From Candidatus Pelearchaeum maunauluense (GTDB taxonomy: Archaea > Thermoproteota > Nitrososphaeria_A > Caldarchaeales > Caldarchaeaceae), in assembly GCA_030059675.1 (NCBI GenBank), contig JANVYQ010000006.1, forward strand, positions 1-64,000: a stretch of DNA of 64,000 bases, read 5' to 3'. Numbering within the stretch: the stretch's first letter is position 1; each line of letters begins with the position of its first letter. The notes under the pieces are model-generated. The model searched no databases. It was not told the origin of the DNA and worked only from the letters and a program-made list of their open reading frames with translations. Positions 9,891 to 20,513 of this stretch are shown piece after piece. The position numbers and the translations under genes are program-made.

Positions 9891-12566
9891 GTGGTGTGGG
9901 GGTTGAGCTTGCTTAGGCTCATGTTGGCTGTCCTCGTAATCTTCATGCTCGTATCAACATACGTTGGGGGAGTTATGGCTGGGCATGAAAACCCCTTCCA
10001 GCAGTCATACTACCCCCATGAGGTAAGGTTCTTCAAAATTGATAACCCAGGCAAGGTTCCGCGCCTCATAGCGGAGACCAGCGACACGCCTGTGGTTAAA
10101 GGGCTTCACCTATACCTAGCTCCGGTAAGTGTTGATGATGTAAAAGAGGCGCGGCGCATCAGCCCTGCTAAATCGCTCAAAACGCTGGGGAGCATATACA
10201 CGGTTCTCCTAAACCCCATAGATGATGGGCGAACCCCATTCGCGTCTAAAGAGTTTAGACAGGCGTTCGCGAGTTTTCTGATAGACCGAGAAGCTCTTGC
10301 TGCTGGCCTGGGAGACGCCGAGCCGCTCTACATACCAATAACAAGATACCACCCAGACTACCGATTCGTCATAGACATAGACCAGCGGATTAGGAGTGAG
10401 TGGAAGCCCAACGAGCCTGTGGTTAAGCGTGCTCTTGCAGGGTATCTAGAGAGCGTGGGAGGCTCTGTTGAAGGCGGTAGAATAACCATAGGGGGAGGTG
10501 AGGCCATCCTCACAGTAGCGGGCATAGAGGGCGATGCGATAGCTGGGGTGATTGCCAAGCACCTAGCGGAAAATCTTGAGAAGCTAGGCTTCAAGGTCAA
10601 GACCATAAACATAGAAGCAAACCCAACAAGGCTCAGAGACGTAGAAGCGTATCAAGGCGTTAATGTTGTTGTAGAGAGGCTTGACCTGCTTGACTACATC
10701 TTTGAGAGGCTTCGTAACGTGAATGGAATATACGTGGGGCTTGACGCCTACGATGATGCACGTCTCGCAGCTCATATCTACCTCAAGCCAGGAGACGCTG
10801 ATGACGAGGCAAGCAGAGCAGCGCAAAAACTGCTCAACGGCGACTATAGCGGGTGGCTGGAGAGGATGACGCTCATCAGGACACTCATACTAGGCGGGAT
10901 AGACGAATCAATCAGAACCCCAGTCATGCTGACCTACCAGCACTACCTCTACAACGACGACTACGACCAAGGAGTGGAGAATATGGCGCGAAGCCCGATA
11001 ACAGGGCCTTTCAGCGACGTATTCTACAGAACCGTTAAGCTCCGCCTCTTCCCATGGAACGGCTGGCTCCTCGTGGGGCTTGATGTTGAGAGAAGCTCGG
11101 CATACAACCCAGTTCTAGGCCTCACCGACAAGTGGGGCAGGAATCTCTGGATGGTGCTCTCAGACTCGGCCTCGGTCTTCCAGCCGTATAACGGCTCGTG
11201 GGAGGTTAACCGCGTGGTCTGGATGGAGGTAGAGTCCCCCGATGACGGTATCATAGTCCCCAGCGACGCTCTAACCATAAGCGGAGACGGCAGGCTCGTG
11301 AAGGTAGGCGAAGGCGTTAAGGCAAAAACACGAATACTATACCGCGTACTCCTCAGCCACTTCCACCACGAAGAGTACATGAGCGTAGCCGACATAATCT
11401 ACCCCTACGTATTCCTCAAGGAATGGACAGAAAAATCATCAGAGAACGACGCAGCCTACGACGCGGAGCTGGCAAGCCTAATGGGCGAGAAGATAAACAG
11501 CCTAGTAGCGTTTAGGGTTGTGAATATAACGGAGAAGCCCATAGTAATCTCAGGCTCGTATAACGGGACCGGCCTCATACCATGGGTTGAGGTCTATCTC
11601 AACTACAGGCATGGTGATAAGACGGTTCTGGCCTCGTACATGCCGCCTTGGTCCACCGTCCCCTGGGAGCTGCTGGTCTTGACGGAGGAGGTTGTCAAGT
11701 CTGGTGGGGCGGCTTTCTCCAAGAGCGAGGCCGAGAGGCGTGGAGTACCCTGGCTAGACTTGGTTAGGGGGCCTAGCATAGCTCTGTTGGAGCAGGAGCT
11801 GGAGAAGCTGAGCAAATCCAACTACATACCCCCAGCCCTGGAAGAGCTGGTCAAACCAGAGGAAGCGGCCAAGCGGTGGAGCGCACTAAAGAAGTGGTAC
11901 GAACAGCACGGCCACTTCCTAGTAACGAACGGCCCCTACTACCTATCCAGCTCAAACGCTACAATGGACATAATCACGGTAACGCGCATGCCCACCTACC
12001 CGCTTGGAGTCGGCTCATACGACTACCTAAGCATACCGCGATACGCCAGGATAACAGCAGAGTCGTCCAGCGGGGCGCTGGCAGTCAAGAAGGGTGAGGG
12101 GCTCCTCCTAAATGTCAGCGTTGAGGTGGAGGAGATTATGCGCTTTGCCAGAAACTTCACCAAGAAGTGGAGACCATCATACATGGCTGACGTGATGTAC
12201 TTCATAGCCGATGAAGATAATCATGTCAGTTATGTGGGGCTGGCCGGGAGTGGAGGCGAGGAGGGCGAGTTCGTAATAAGCCTACCCCCAGACATCACAT
12301 CACAGCTCGACGCGGGGAACTATACGCTGAACATGGTTGCCACCGCCAGATACAAGTACTTCTCGTGGCCAGAGACGGTTAACCTTATGCTCCCATATCT
12401 TAAGAGTGTGCCTCTCAGGGTGGTGGGTGATGGGGAAGCAGCCTCCAGCGCTGCTGGGGAGCGGCGCGCTGGGCTTGAGTTCGGGGCTATGGCTCTCCTA
12501 GCATCGTTCCTAGCCGCCGTCCTCATAGTGTTGATACGCCGCGCTAGTAGGGCTCGCCATACATAG
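9891..12566 (+). CDS. Large extracellular protein, probable family-5 (oligopeptide-type) solute-binding protein with C-terminal membrane anchor
   Basis: N-terminal signal; PFASKEFRQAFA..IDRE and GHFLVTNGPYYL motifs typical of archaeal SBP5; C-terminal TM helix plus basic tail. Confidence 0.65.
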   Translation: MVWGLSLLRLMLAVLVIFMLVSTYVGGVMAGHENPFQQSYYPHEVRFFKIDNPGKVPRLIAETSDTPVVKGLHLYLAPVSVDDVKEARRISPAKSLKTLGSIYTVLLNPIDDGRTPFASKEFRQAFASFLIDREALAAGLGDAEPLYIPITRYHPDYRFVIDIDQRIRSEWKPNEPVVKRALAGYLESVGGSVEGGRITIGGGEAILTVAGIEGDAIAGVIAKHLAENLEKLGFKVKTINIEANPTRLRDVEAYQGVNVVVERLDLLDYIFERLRNVNGIYVGLDAYDDARLAAHIYLKPGDADDEASRAAQKLLNGDYSGWLERMTLIRTLILGGIDESIRTPVMLTYQHYLYNDDYDQGVENMARSPITGPFSDVFYRTVKLRLFPWNGWLLVGLDVERSSAYNPVLGLTDKWGRNLWMVLSDSASVFQPYNGSWEVNRVVWMEVESPDDGIIVPSDALTISGDGRLVKVGEGVKAKTRILYRVLLSHFHHEEYMSVADIIYPYVFLKEWTEKSSENDAAYDAELASLMGEKINSLVAFRVVNITEKPIVISGSYNGTGLIPWVEVYLNYRHGDKTVLASYMPPWSTVPWELLVLTEEVVKSGGAAFSKSEAERRGVPWLDLVRGPSIALLEQELEKLSKSNYIPPALEELVKPEEAAKRWSALKKWYEQHGHFLVTNGPYYLSSSNATMDIITVTRMPTYPLGVGSYDYLSIPRYARITAESSSGALAVKKGEGLLLNVSVEVEEIMRFARNFTKKWRPSYMADVMYFIADEDNHVSYVGLAGSGGEEGEFVISLPPDITSQLDAGNYTLNMVATARYKYFSWPETVNLMLPYLKSVPLRVVGDGEAASSAAGERRAGLEFGAMALLASFLAAVLIVLIRRASRARHT

Positions 12567-14256
12567 GATACGAGCCTGGCTGGCCTATGAATCCCTGGCG
12601 AGACCACTCCACGCTCTTCTCAGTCATCTTGGGCCTCTCGTGCCATGGCCGCTTGGCGGCCCAGACAACCTCATCAATCCTGAGTATCGTGCAGGCAATC
12701 TCAACGGCAGCCTTCCATGCCGTCTCCCGAACCTTCAGCGGGTCAACTATGCCCGCCGAGAGCATATCCTTCACCTTCCCATCCCTAACGTCAACGCCGT
12801 AGGATACGCCGTTATTCTCCTGCGCATGTCTTATGTCGGAGATTATGCTTATCGCATCAAGGCCAGCGTTCTGCGCCAGTATTCGCGGTATCCGCTCCAA
12901 CGCGTCTGCGAACGCGTTTACCGCCATCTGCTCCTTGCTCTTGAGCGTGAGCGCGTATCTACGTAGCGAGCGCGCGGCAGCAACCTCGGCCGCGCCGCCT
13001 CCAGCAACTATCCTACTTTCCTCAACAATCGTGGCGATGTTCCTCAAGGCGTCTTTAACCCTGTCCTTAATCTCCTCAACCCACTTGTATATGCCTCCCC
13101 GCAGCATTATGGATACCGCCCCTGGTTTCTCGCATCCCTCAACGAATACCCACGTCTCAGCCCCTATGTCGCGTTCCTCCACAAGCCTGGCATATCCTAG
13201 GTGTTCTGGAGTAATCTCCCACGCGCTTACCGCAATCCTAGCGTGGGTTGCCTTGGCCAGCATCTCGAAATCCCGCCTATGGACCTCGCGGACAGCCATG
13301 ATGCCGCGTCTCCCGAAGAAGTAGAGCGCCCTATCGTCAATCCCCTTCTGGCAGAAGACAACGTTAGCCCCTGCCGAGCTTATCCTCTCCACCATCTCCT
13401 CAAGCATGCGGCTCTCCTCTTCCACGAAGCCGCGCATCAGCGCGGGGCTGTTTATCCTAAGCTCAGACCAGTTCTTAGTCTTCTCAATCCTGATGGACTT
13501 GTCCACCAAGGCTATACGAGCATCCTCAACCCGCCTAGGAAGGGTTGGATGCTTAAGCTGCCTCTCCACAATAATCCCATCTATGAGAACAGAATCTAGA
13601 ACAGTCCCACCAGTCTTTACTACTATCTGTATGTCCTCGCTGGGCTCTAGTCGCTTCGCGCCGTCCTTGGCGTTTACGACTTTTATCGCCGCCTCCGCCG
13701 CGAGGTTGGCTAGGTGCTCGGCACCGCTCCAGAGAAGCTGCTTATCCAGCGACGTTCTAGCAACCGAGCGGAGAACCGCCTTATCCCGATAATCAACTGA
13801 TATTGATTGAGACTTGAGAATGTCTAGAGCGTGTGAGAGGGCCTTCTTGTATCCTGAGATGATTATGCTGGGGTGTATCCGCTCGTGGAAGAGCTTGACA
13901 GCGTTATCCAGCAGGGCCCCAGCGAGAACCACGGCGGTAGTAACGCCATCGCCAACCTCGGCGTCAATCGCCTTAGCCATCTCCACAATAATCTTAGCAG
14001 CGGGATTGTCTGTCTCAAACTTCCTCAGAATAGTAACGCCATCACCAGATATTACAAGCGTATCCAGCATATCTGTAAGAACCTTATGCATGCCCTTAGG
14101 GCCTAGAGTTGTCTGGAGCATCTCAGCCATTAGCGTCGCGACGGTTATGTTGTGTTTCCACGTAGCCCTGCCCTTGGTCCTCTTAGCGCCCTTCGCGAGA
14201 ACTCTAGGCCCTGCCCTCAGAGAGCGCTCATAGTGGGTCTGTTCAATAGTTGTCAT
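12544..14256 (-). CDS. Divergent group II chaperonin (thermosome-like subunit)
   Basis: TTLGPKGM, EVGDGVTT, VVFCQKGIDD, IVAGGGAAEV, NAGLD, LRIDEV. Confidence 0.9.
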   Translation of the reverse strand: MTTIEQTHYERSLRAGPRVLAKGAKRTKGRATWKHNITVATLMAEMLQTTLGPKGMHKVLTDMLDTLVISGDGVTILRKFETDNPAAKIIVEMAKAIDAEVGDGVTTAVVLAGALLDNAVKLFHERIHPSIIISGYKKALSHALDILKSQSISVDYRDKAVLRSVARTSLDKQLLWSGAEHLANLAAEAAIKVVNAKDGAKRLEPSEDIQIVVKTGGTVLDSVLIDGIIVERQLKHPTLPRRVEDARIALVDKSIRIEKTKNWSELRINSPALMRGFVEEESRMLEEMVERISSAGANVVFCQKGIDDRALYFFGRRGIMAVREVHRRDFEMLAKATHARIAVSAWEITPEHLGYARLVEERDIGAETWVFVEGCEKPGAVSIMLRGGIYKWVEEIKDRVKDALRNIATIVEESRIVAGGGAAEVAAARSLRRYALTLKSKEQMAVNAFADALERIPRILAQNAGLDAISIISDIRHAQENNGVSYGVDVRDGKVKDMLSAGIVDPLKVRETAWKAAVEIACTILRIDEVVWAAKRPWHERPKMTEKSVEWSRQGFIGQPGSYPMYGEPY

Positions 14257-14357
14257 GAGGGCTCCTCTGCCTGTCTTGAAATGCGAGGCTTGGATAAATG
14301 TTTAACAAGTTCTTAAGATAGGCTGCCCAGACTCTACCGGGGGAGAGGCGTAATAGG

Positions 14358-15345
14358 TTGCGCATAGCAAACTACGCCAAGATTCTCGCTATAGCTATAC
14401 TAGTAATCTTGCTTTTCGTCTTCCCGCCTCTCACGGGCCCCGTATGGCTCACCTTCTTCAGCTTTGCATTCGTCATAGCGATAGCGTGTCTGGGGATTAA
14501 CCTGGTTGCCGGGCATACTGGACTGCTCTCGCTGGGCCATGCAGCGTACTTCGGGATAGGTGGATACTCCGTCGCCCTGCTGATGTTCTGGTACAACATA
14601 CGCGGCATGGAAATACTGTTGCTCACCGCCGTGGGCATAGCGGCGCTAGTTGCCCTAGCAGGGGGATACGTGGCGTCTAGACTAAGCAAGATGTACTTCG
14701 CCATCTTCACCCTAGCGATAACGCAGGTGGTATGGTCTTTGCTTGTCAGAGACTTTGACATAACTGGAGGAGCCTCTGGAATTTATGTGAAAAACCTATA
14801 ATGTTCGGCCAAGACCTCGCGGCTCTCACAAGACTGGACATACTCTCGTACATCTATTACTATTACATAGCCTTCTGGCTTCTCTTCACACTGGTGGCTA
14901 CCTGGTTTATAGTCAACTCTCCTCTGGGGCTGGCTCTGAGGTGTATTTGGGAGAATCCTGAGAGGACGTACTTCATAGGTGTTTCTGTAGCTAGGTATAA
15001 GTGGGGCATATTCACTATCTCAGGCGCTTTCTGCGGCCTTGCTGGTGCTCTCTTCGCGGTGCTCAACGGAGTAATCCACCCAGGGTTCTTAGACTGGTTC
15101 TACTCCCTCCGCCTAATACTACCAATAATACTGGGGGCATGCGCTACATACCCGGCCCAGTGGTCGGCATACTCGTCTTCAACGTCCTTGAGATGCTGGC
15201 GATAAACACCCTCCTGACATGGAAGATAATGGCTGGTGTGATGATGATCATAATAGCGTTCTTCGTACCCGAAGGGGTTATGGACGTTATGTATAGGTTA
15301 TATGATGTGTTAAAGGCTAGTATGTCCAAGGGGGTTGATGTGTGA
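14358..15345 (+). pseudogene. LivM-family permease split by two frameshifts
   Basis: Fragments 14358-14801, 14801-~15135 and ~15135-15345 join into one LivM if one base is added to the A-run near 14790 and one to the G-run near 15133. Confidence 0.8.
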
Positions 15346-15385
15346 AAATTTATAATCACGCTAACGTAGAGCCCTAACGATAAGC

Positions 15386-15736
15386 ATGGCGCGGCCAGAT
15401 ATGGAGTTTTTTGACACCGACACAATACCCTGGAACAAGATAGCCGAGGGAATCTATGAGAAGATACTCAGCAAAGACGATGAGACAGGAGCATATACTA
15501 GACTGTTAAAGTTTGAGCCAGGTGCGGAGATACCCAACGTCTTGACGCATGACTTCTTTGAGGAGGTCTATATAGTCAAGGGAGTCTTGATAGATAAGCG
15601 CTTGAATAAGACTTTCACCGAGGGTATGTATGCTTTTAGAAACCCTGGCATGGAGCACGGCCCCTTCGTAAGTCCGACGGGCTGCATTACGTTTGAGATT
15701 AGATATTATGGGATGAAGGGGAAGGATGAGAAGTAG
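15386..15736 (+). CDS. Cupin-domain protein (ChrR-like cupin)
   Basis: TRLLKFEPG, THDFFEEVYIVKG, RNPGMEHGPF metal-binding pattern. Confidence 0.8.
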   Translation: MARPDMEFFDTDTIPWNKIAEGIYEKILSKDDETGAYTRLLKFEPGAEIPNVLTHDFFEEVYIVKGVLIDKRLNKTFTEGMYAFRNPGMEHGPFVSPTGCITFEIRYYGMKGKDEK

Positions 15737-16420
15737 TTGAGCAAGCGTATCGCTCTTAGGCTCTGGTCTGTGAGGGGTGGGGAGCAGGGAGTAGAGGTTA
15801 ATGTGGAGCGCGTGGTGTGCGCTGGCTTCTCTGGGAGAAACCAAGAGGCTGTGCGCAAGCATATTGAGGAGCTCCGCGGGCTTGGTGTCCCAGCGCCAGA
15901 GAAGACGCCAACCTACTACCTCGTGGCGCCATACCTGCTCTTCACAGACCAAGAACGCGGACACTATGAGGTGAAGGGAGAAGAAACATCAGCAGAAGCC
16001 GAGTTCGTCGCAATAATGGGAGAAAAGACATACATAACAGTCGGAAGCGACCACACAGATAGATGGCTTGAGAAAGTCAGCATAGAGAGAGCGAAGCATT
16101 CATGCCCAAAGATAATCTCAAGCGTTGTATGGGATTATGAAGAGGTGAAAGAACACTGGGATAGCATATCCCTGAGATGCTTCGTCAAGGATAATGGGGA
16201 ATGGCGCGTTTACCAGGATGGGCGACTGGCGCAGCTCCTACCACTTGACACGCTGATAAGAGAGTTTAACATAGGTAGAGGCGCTATCCTCTTCTCAGGG
16301 ACAATCCCGACAGTGGGAGGTAAGATAATCTATGGACGGGAATACAGGCTGGAGCTTGACGACCAGGTCTTGGGGAGGAAGATAACGCTCACCTACACGG
16401 TCTCCCCAATATGGCCATAA
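15737..16420 (+). CDS. DUF2848-family protein (FAH-superfamily-like)
   Basis: AGFSGRNQEAVRKHIEEL, TSAEAEF, VGSDHTDR..E motifs. Confidence 0.75.
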   Translation: MSKRIALRLWSVRGGEQGVEVNVERVVCAGFSGRNQEAVRKHIEELRGLGVPAPEKTPTYYLVAPYLLFTDQERGHYEVKGEETSAEAEFVAIMGEKTYITVGSDHTDRWLEKVSIERAKHSCPKIISSVVWDYEEVKEHWDSISLRCFVKDNGEWRVYQDGRLAQLLPLDTLIREFNIGRGAILFSGTIPTVGGKIIYGREYRLELDDQVLGRKITLTYTVSPIWP

Positions 16421-16448
16421 CCGTAATTATGGCGATGGTGCATGTAAT

Positions 16449-18827
16449 ATGCGCAGCAGCTCCGAAGCGTTAGAATGGCGACTAAGGGAGAGGGACCTCC
16501 GCCTCCTCACAGGAAGGGGGAGATACATAAACGACATCAAGCTCCTCGACATGCTATACTGCACAGTAGTTGGAAGCAGGTGTCCACACGCAAAAATAAA
16601 GCGTATAGACGTGAGTAAAGCCCGCGCCCTCAACGGCGTTGTAGCAGTATTGACTGGAGACATGCTTAAAAATATAATGAAGCCCCTGCCGCCAGCAGCG
16701 GATTACAGAGCATTCGGCTGGCACTGGCGTCTAGTGGAGACATACCCACTAGCGGTGGATAAGGTTAGGTTCGTGGGCGAGCCAGTTGTGGCTATAGCGG
16801 CTGTTGATGAATACACAGCAGCAGACGCGGCGGAGCTCGTTGAAATAGAGTATGAGCCCCTCAAGCCAGTTGTTAACCCACTTGAAGCCATGAAGCCCGA
16901 GTCCCCACTCCTCTACGAGGAGTGGGGAGATAACATACAGGCTCACATAAGGTTTAGGTTTGGTGATGTAGCCGCGGCATTCGCCAAGGCTGACAGGATA
17001 ATCAAGGTCAGGTGGCGCGAGGCGCGCCAGTCTGGCTTCCCGATAGAGCCGCGCGGCATAGTAGCGCAGTACAACGCTGGGGAGAAGACGATAACAGTCT
17101 GGAGCTCAACGCAATCCCCAGCGCTTGGACAGCTATACATAGCGAAAGCCCTGGGCATGCCTACGAGTAGCGTGAGAGTTTTTGCGCCAGACATAGGCGG
17201 GGGCTTCGGCAACAAGCTACACTGGTGGCTAGACCTGATACCCTGCCTCCTCTCCATGAAGACTGGGAAGCCCGTCAAACTCTTCGAGACACGCTACCAG
17301 AACTTCCTATCCCAGCCCCACCAGCGTGATGTGGTGTGGAACGCTGAGGCGGCGGTGAGGAATGATGGGAGGATACTCGCGCTAAGAGCGTTACTCGTGA
17401 TAGACTATGGCGTTGAGGGGACGAACAAGGGGACAGGAGCTCCATCAATAGTCCCAGCATCGCTATCCACGCCCAACGCCTACAAGCTTGAAGCTGTGGA
17501 TATAGATGCATACGGCGTCGTAACCAACAAGTCGTTCTACTGCGCGTATAGGGGGTATGGTAAGGATAAGGGGGTTAAGCTGATGGAGCGCGTGATGCAG
17601 AGGATAAGCGTAGAGCTGGGCATACCGCCTGAGGAGGTGAGGTTCAGAAACTTCATCCAGCCCAGCGAGTTCCCATACAAACAGGTAACGGGCTACGTAT
17701 TTGATAGTGGCAACTATCCAGAAACTCTGCGTAGGGCGCTTGAGCTCTTGGATATAGGCTGGTGGAGGAAGAGGCAGGAGGAGCTGCGTAGAGAGGGTAG
17801 GTACATCGGTATAGGTGTTGTATTCGCGGTGGAGCCTGCTGGAGCTGCCATACCCAACTCGTTCTACAGCGGCTATGAGAGCGCCCGCGTAAGCATAACA
17901 GCAGACGGGAGCGTTGAAGTATATACTGGAATGCTAGACATAGGCCAGGGCTCCTCAGTCGCGATAGCTCAAGCGGTCTCGGAGACGCTGGGCGTCCCCA
18001 TAAGCTGGGTCAAGGTCTTCAGCGGCTCAAGCGACTACCTGGGCTCAGGGACATACGCGAGCAGAGGCGCCGTATACGGCGTGGGAGCAGTGATAAAAGC
18101 ATCAAGAATACTACGCGAGAGGCTCACGCGGATAATGGCGCACCTCTGGGACGCGAGGCCAGAGGATGTGGAGATAGCTAATGGCGAGCTGGTGCTGAAG
18201 CCAGAGCCGGAGAGGAGGATAAGGCTGGATGAGCTAGCCCAAAAGCTATACCACTTCCCAGGCCAGCACAGGCTTCTCAGCGAGGAGCTTCTCCGCGAGG
18301 GGGTGGTGCCGCTTGACGTAACGGTATCCTGGTTCAGCCCAATAACATCAAAAGACCCCACAGCGACTTACACAACGGTATCATGCTCCGCAGATATAGC
18401 GGTTGTTGAGGTTGATGCCGAGACAGGCGAGGTTAAGATTCTCAAATACGTAACCGTGCATGACGCTGGCCGTGTGATAAATCACCAGATTGTTGAAGGC
18501 CAGGTCGTGGGGGGTGTTGCGCAGGGTATTGGGGGAGCGCTCTATGAGGAGCTAATCTACAACGAGGATGGACTACTGACAACGGCAAGCTTCGCAGACT
18601 ACCTAATGCCCAGCGCGCTAGAGATGCCCAGCGTGGAGATGAGCCATGTGGAGACACCATCGCCATTCACGGAACTAGGCTCCAAGGGCATGTCTGAAGG
18701 CCCAGCATACTCCAGCACCGTAGCTATAGCTAATGCTGTAGAAGACGCCCTAACACCCTTCGGTGTTGCTGTGGAGGAGATACCGCTCACGCCTGAAAGA
18801 GTAAGACGCCTCATCAAACATGGCTGA
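16449..18827 (+). CDS. Xanthine dehydrogenase-family molybdopterin-binding large subunit (CoxL/CutL-like)
   Basis: GGGFGNK, AYRGYG, DAGRVIN..VEGQVVGGVAQG, KGMSEG. Confidence 0.9.
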   Translation: MRSSSEALEWRLRERDLRLLTGRGRYINDIKLLDMLYCTVVGSRCPHAKIKRIDVSKARALNGVVAVLTGDMLKNIMKPLPPAADYRAFGWHWRLVETYPLAVDKVRFVGEPVVAIAAVDEYTAADAAELVEIEYEPLKPVVNPLEAMKPESPLLYEEWGDNIQAHIRFRFGDVAAAFAKADRIIKVRWREARQSGFPIEPRGIVAQYNAGEKTITVWSSTQSPALGQLYIAKALGMPTSSVRVFAPDIGGGFGNKLHWWLDLIPCLLSMKTGKPVKLFETRYQNFLSQPHQRDVVWNAEAAVRNDGRILALRALLVIDYGVEGTNKGTGAPSIVPASLSTPNAYKLEAVDIDAYGVVTNKSFYCAYRGYGKDKGVKLMERVMQRISVELGIPPEEVRFRNFIQPSEFPYKQVTGYVFDSGNYPETLRRALELLDIGWWRKRQEELRREGRYIGIGVVFAVEPAGAAIPNSFYSGYESARVSITADGSVEVYTGMLDIGQGSSVAIAQAVSETLGVPISWVKVFSGSSDYLGSGTYASRGAVYGVGAVIKASRILRERLTRIMAHLWDARPEDVEIANGELVLKPEPERRIRLDELAQKLYHFPGQHRLLSEELLREGVVPLDVTVSWFSPITSKDPTATYTTVSCSADIAVVEVDAETGEVKILKYVTVHDAGRVINHQIVEGQVVGGVAQGIGGALYEELIYNEDGLLTTASFADYLMPSALEMPSVEMSHVETPSPFTELGSKGMSEGPAYSSTVAIANAVEDALTPFGVAVEEIPLTPERVRRLIKHG

Positions 18828-19845
18828 AACTCTTATTAGTATAGAAAAACCACGCCAACACATGAAGTTTGGTATAGTTCTGCCGACATTCTGCGGTGGC
18901 GTGCGCGGCGATGAGGTGCCAGACATAGGCGAGCTGGTTAAATTCGCGCAGAAGGCTGAGGAACTGGGATTTGACTCCCTATGGGTTATAGAGCACCTGC
19001 TAGTGGCCAACCCAATATATAGATGCACGTGGTTTGACCCCCTCATATCCCTCGCCTCAGTCGCGGCGAGCACCGAGAAGGTTAAGCTGGGCACGGCGAT
19101 ACTTGTTCTCCCACTCAGAACCCCAGCGGTACTCGCTAAGGAAGTGGCTACTCTTGACGTGGTCTCTAGGGGCCGTGTAATCCTAGGCGTGGGCAACGGC
19201 TGGTGGGAGAAGGAGTTTGAAGCAAGCGGCGTTCCATACAACCAGAGAGGAGCCCGCTCAGACGAGTATATAGACATACTAAGGAAGCTATGGACTGAGA
19301 AGAACGTCTCGTTCAAAGGTAGGTTCTACCAGTTTGAGGATATTACAATTGAGCCGCGGCCTGTCCAGAAGCCTCATCCACCAATCTGGATAGCTGGCGG
19401 AAGCGCTGCGGGAAAGGCTGAGGGCGTCTATAAAGTAAGGGCGGAAAGGGTTCTCAAGAGAGTAGGAACGAAGGGCGATGGCTGGATAGCACGCGCGGTA
19501 ACGTTGCCAGAGCTTATTAAGAGCGACTGGGAGAAGATACGGGCATACGCCAAAGAGGCTGGGAGAAACCCAGACAACATAACCTTCGCCCACCTCAACT
19601 TCATACACATGACAGACGAGAGCGACACAAACTTCGAATCCGCGCGCAAGGCATTCTCACTAATCTCAAACCTTCCATTCGACGACATCCTCAACGAGTA
19701 CATAGTCGGGCCCAGGAAGAGGGTGTTGGAGAGGATAGAGAAGCTTGCTGAGCTGGGGCTTCAATACATGATAGTCTGGCCCACTGGCTTTGACTATAAG
19801 CTCATGGGCTTCCTAGCGCGTGAGGTCATGCCGAGCTACGTCTAA
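18820..19845 (+). CDS. LLM-class (luciferase-like) flavin/F420-dependent oxidoreductase
   Basis: AEELGFDSLWVIEH, LDVVSRGRVILGVG, PRPVQKPHPPIWIAG; start may be MKFG at 18862. Confidence 0.88.
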   Translation: MAETLISIEKPRQHMKFGIVLPTFCGGVRGDEVPDIGELVKFAQKAEELGFDSLWVIEHLLVANPIYRCTWFDPLISLASVAASTEKVKLGTAILVLPLRTPAVLAKEVATLDVVSRGRVILGVGNGWWEKEFEASGVPYNQRGARSDEYIDILRKLWTEKNVSFKGRFYQFEDITIEPRPVQKPHPPIWIAGGSAAGKAEGVYKVRAERVLKRVGTKGDGWIARAVTLPELIKSDWEKIRAYAKEAGRNPDNITFAHLNFIHMTDESDTNFESARKAFSLISNLPFDDILNEYIVGPRKRVLERIEKLAELGLQYMIVWPTGFDYKLMGFLAREVMPSYV

Positions 19846-19931
19846 AAATATCATCCAAACATTTTCGGGTATCAGCTTACGTTTAATTACATTGACCAAA
19901 GTATAAAGCCTAACATGAAGAAGTGTAAGGC

Positions 19932-20498
19932 TTGCTGATGAAAGAGTTGGAGAGTATTATACGGTTATTTAAGGACAGGTTTGAACAGCAGGCTGGGAGG
20001 GTTTATGAAGCAGAGACGCTGGATGAGGCTGCCTCAAAATTATCCAACATCCTCCTAGAGCAGAATGTGAGGCGTGTCGCTATAGCTGGGATGGATGAGC
20101 AGGTCAGAGAGAGGATTAGGGAGAGCCTAACCAGCGTTGGTATGGAGATTGTAGAACCACGCGGCGGGAATGCTCACGAAACCATAAACTCCGCCGAGGC
20201 TGGGGTAACATTAGCCAGCTTCGCCGTCGCAGATATAGGAGCAATAGCAGAGATAACCAACGACGACGCTGATAGGCTGGTCTCCTCACTGCCAAGAATA
20301 CACGCCTGCCTACTACAACGCCAAAACATCATAGACACCTTTGAAAACTCTGCACAGCTCATAAGGGATGCACTAAGCTCAAGCCGGAGCTGCGTCGTCT
20401 CCTTCATCGGAGGACCAAGCAGGACGGGAGATATAGAGCTCAAGCTGGTGCTGGGAGTTCATGGCCCCCACCAGGTTCATGTAATAATCTTCGGCTAG
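19932..20498 (+). CDS. lutC: LUD-domain protein (LutC/YkgG family)
   Basis: SSLPRIH, FIGGPSRTGDIELKLVLGVHGP. Confidence 0.88.
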   Translation: MLMKELESIIRLFKDRFEQQAGRVYEAETLDEAASKLSNILLEQNVRRVAIAGMDEQVRERIRESLTSVGMEIVEPRGGNAHETINSAEAGVTLASFAVADIGAIAEITNDDADRLVSSLPRIHACLLQRQNIIDTFENSAQLIRDALSSSRSCVVSFIGGPSRTGDIELKLVLGVHGPHQVHVIIFG

Positions 20499-20513
20499 GG
20501 GGAGTGGCGTTGT

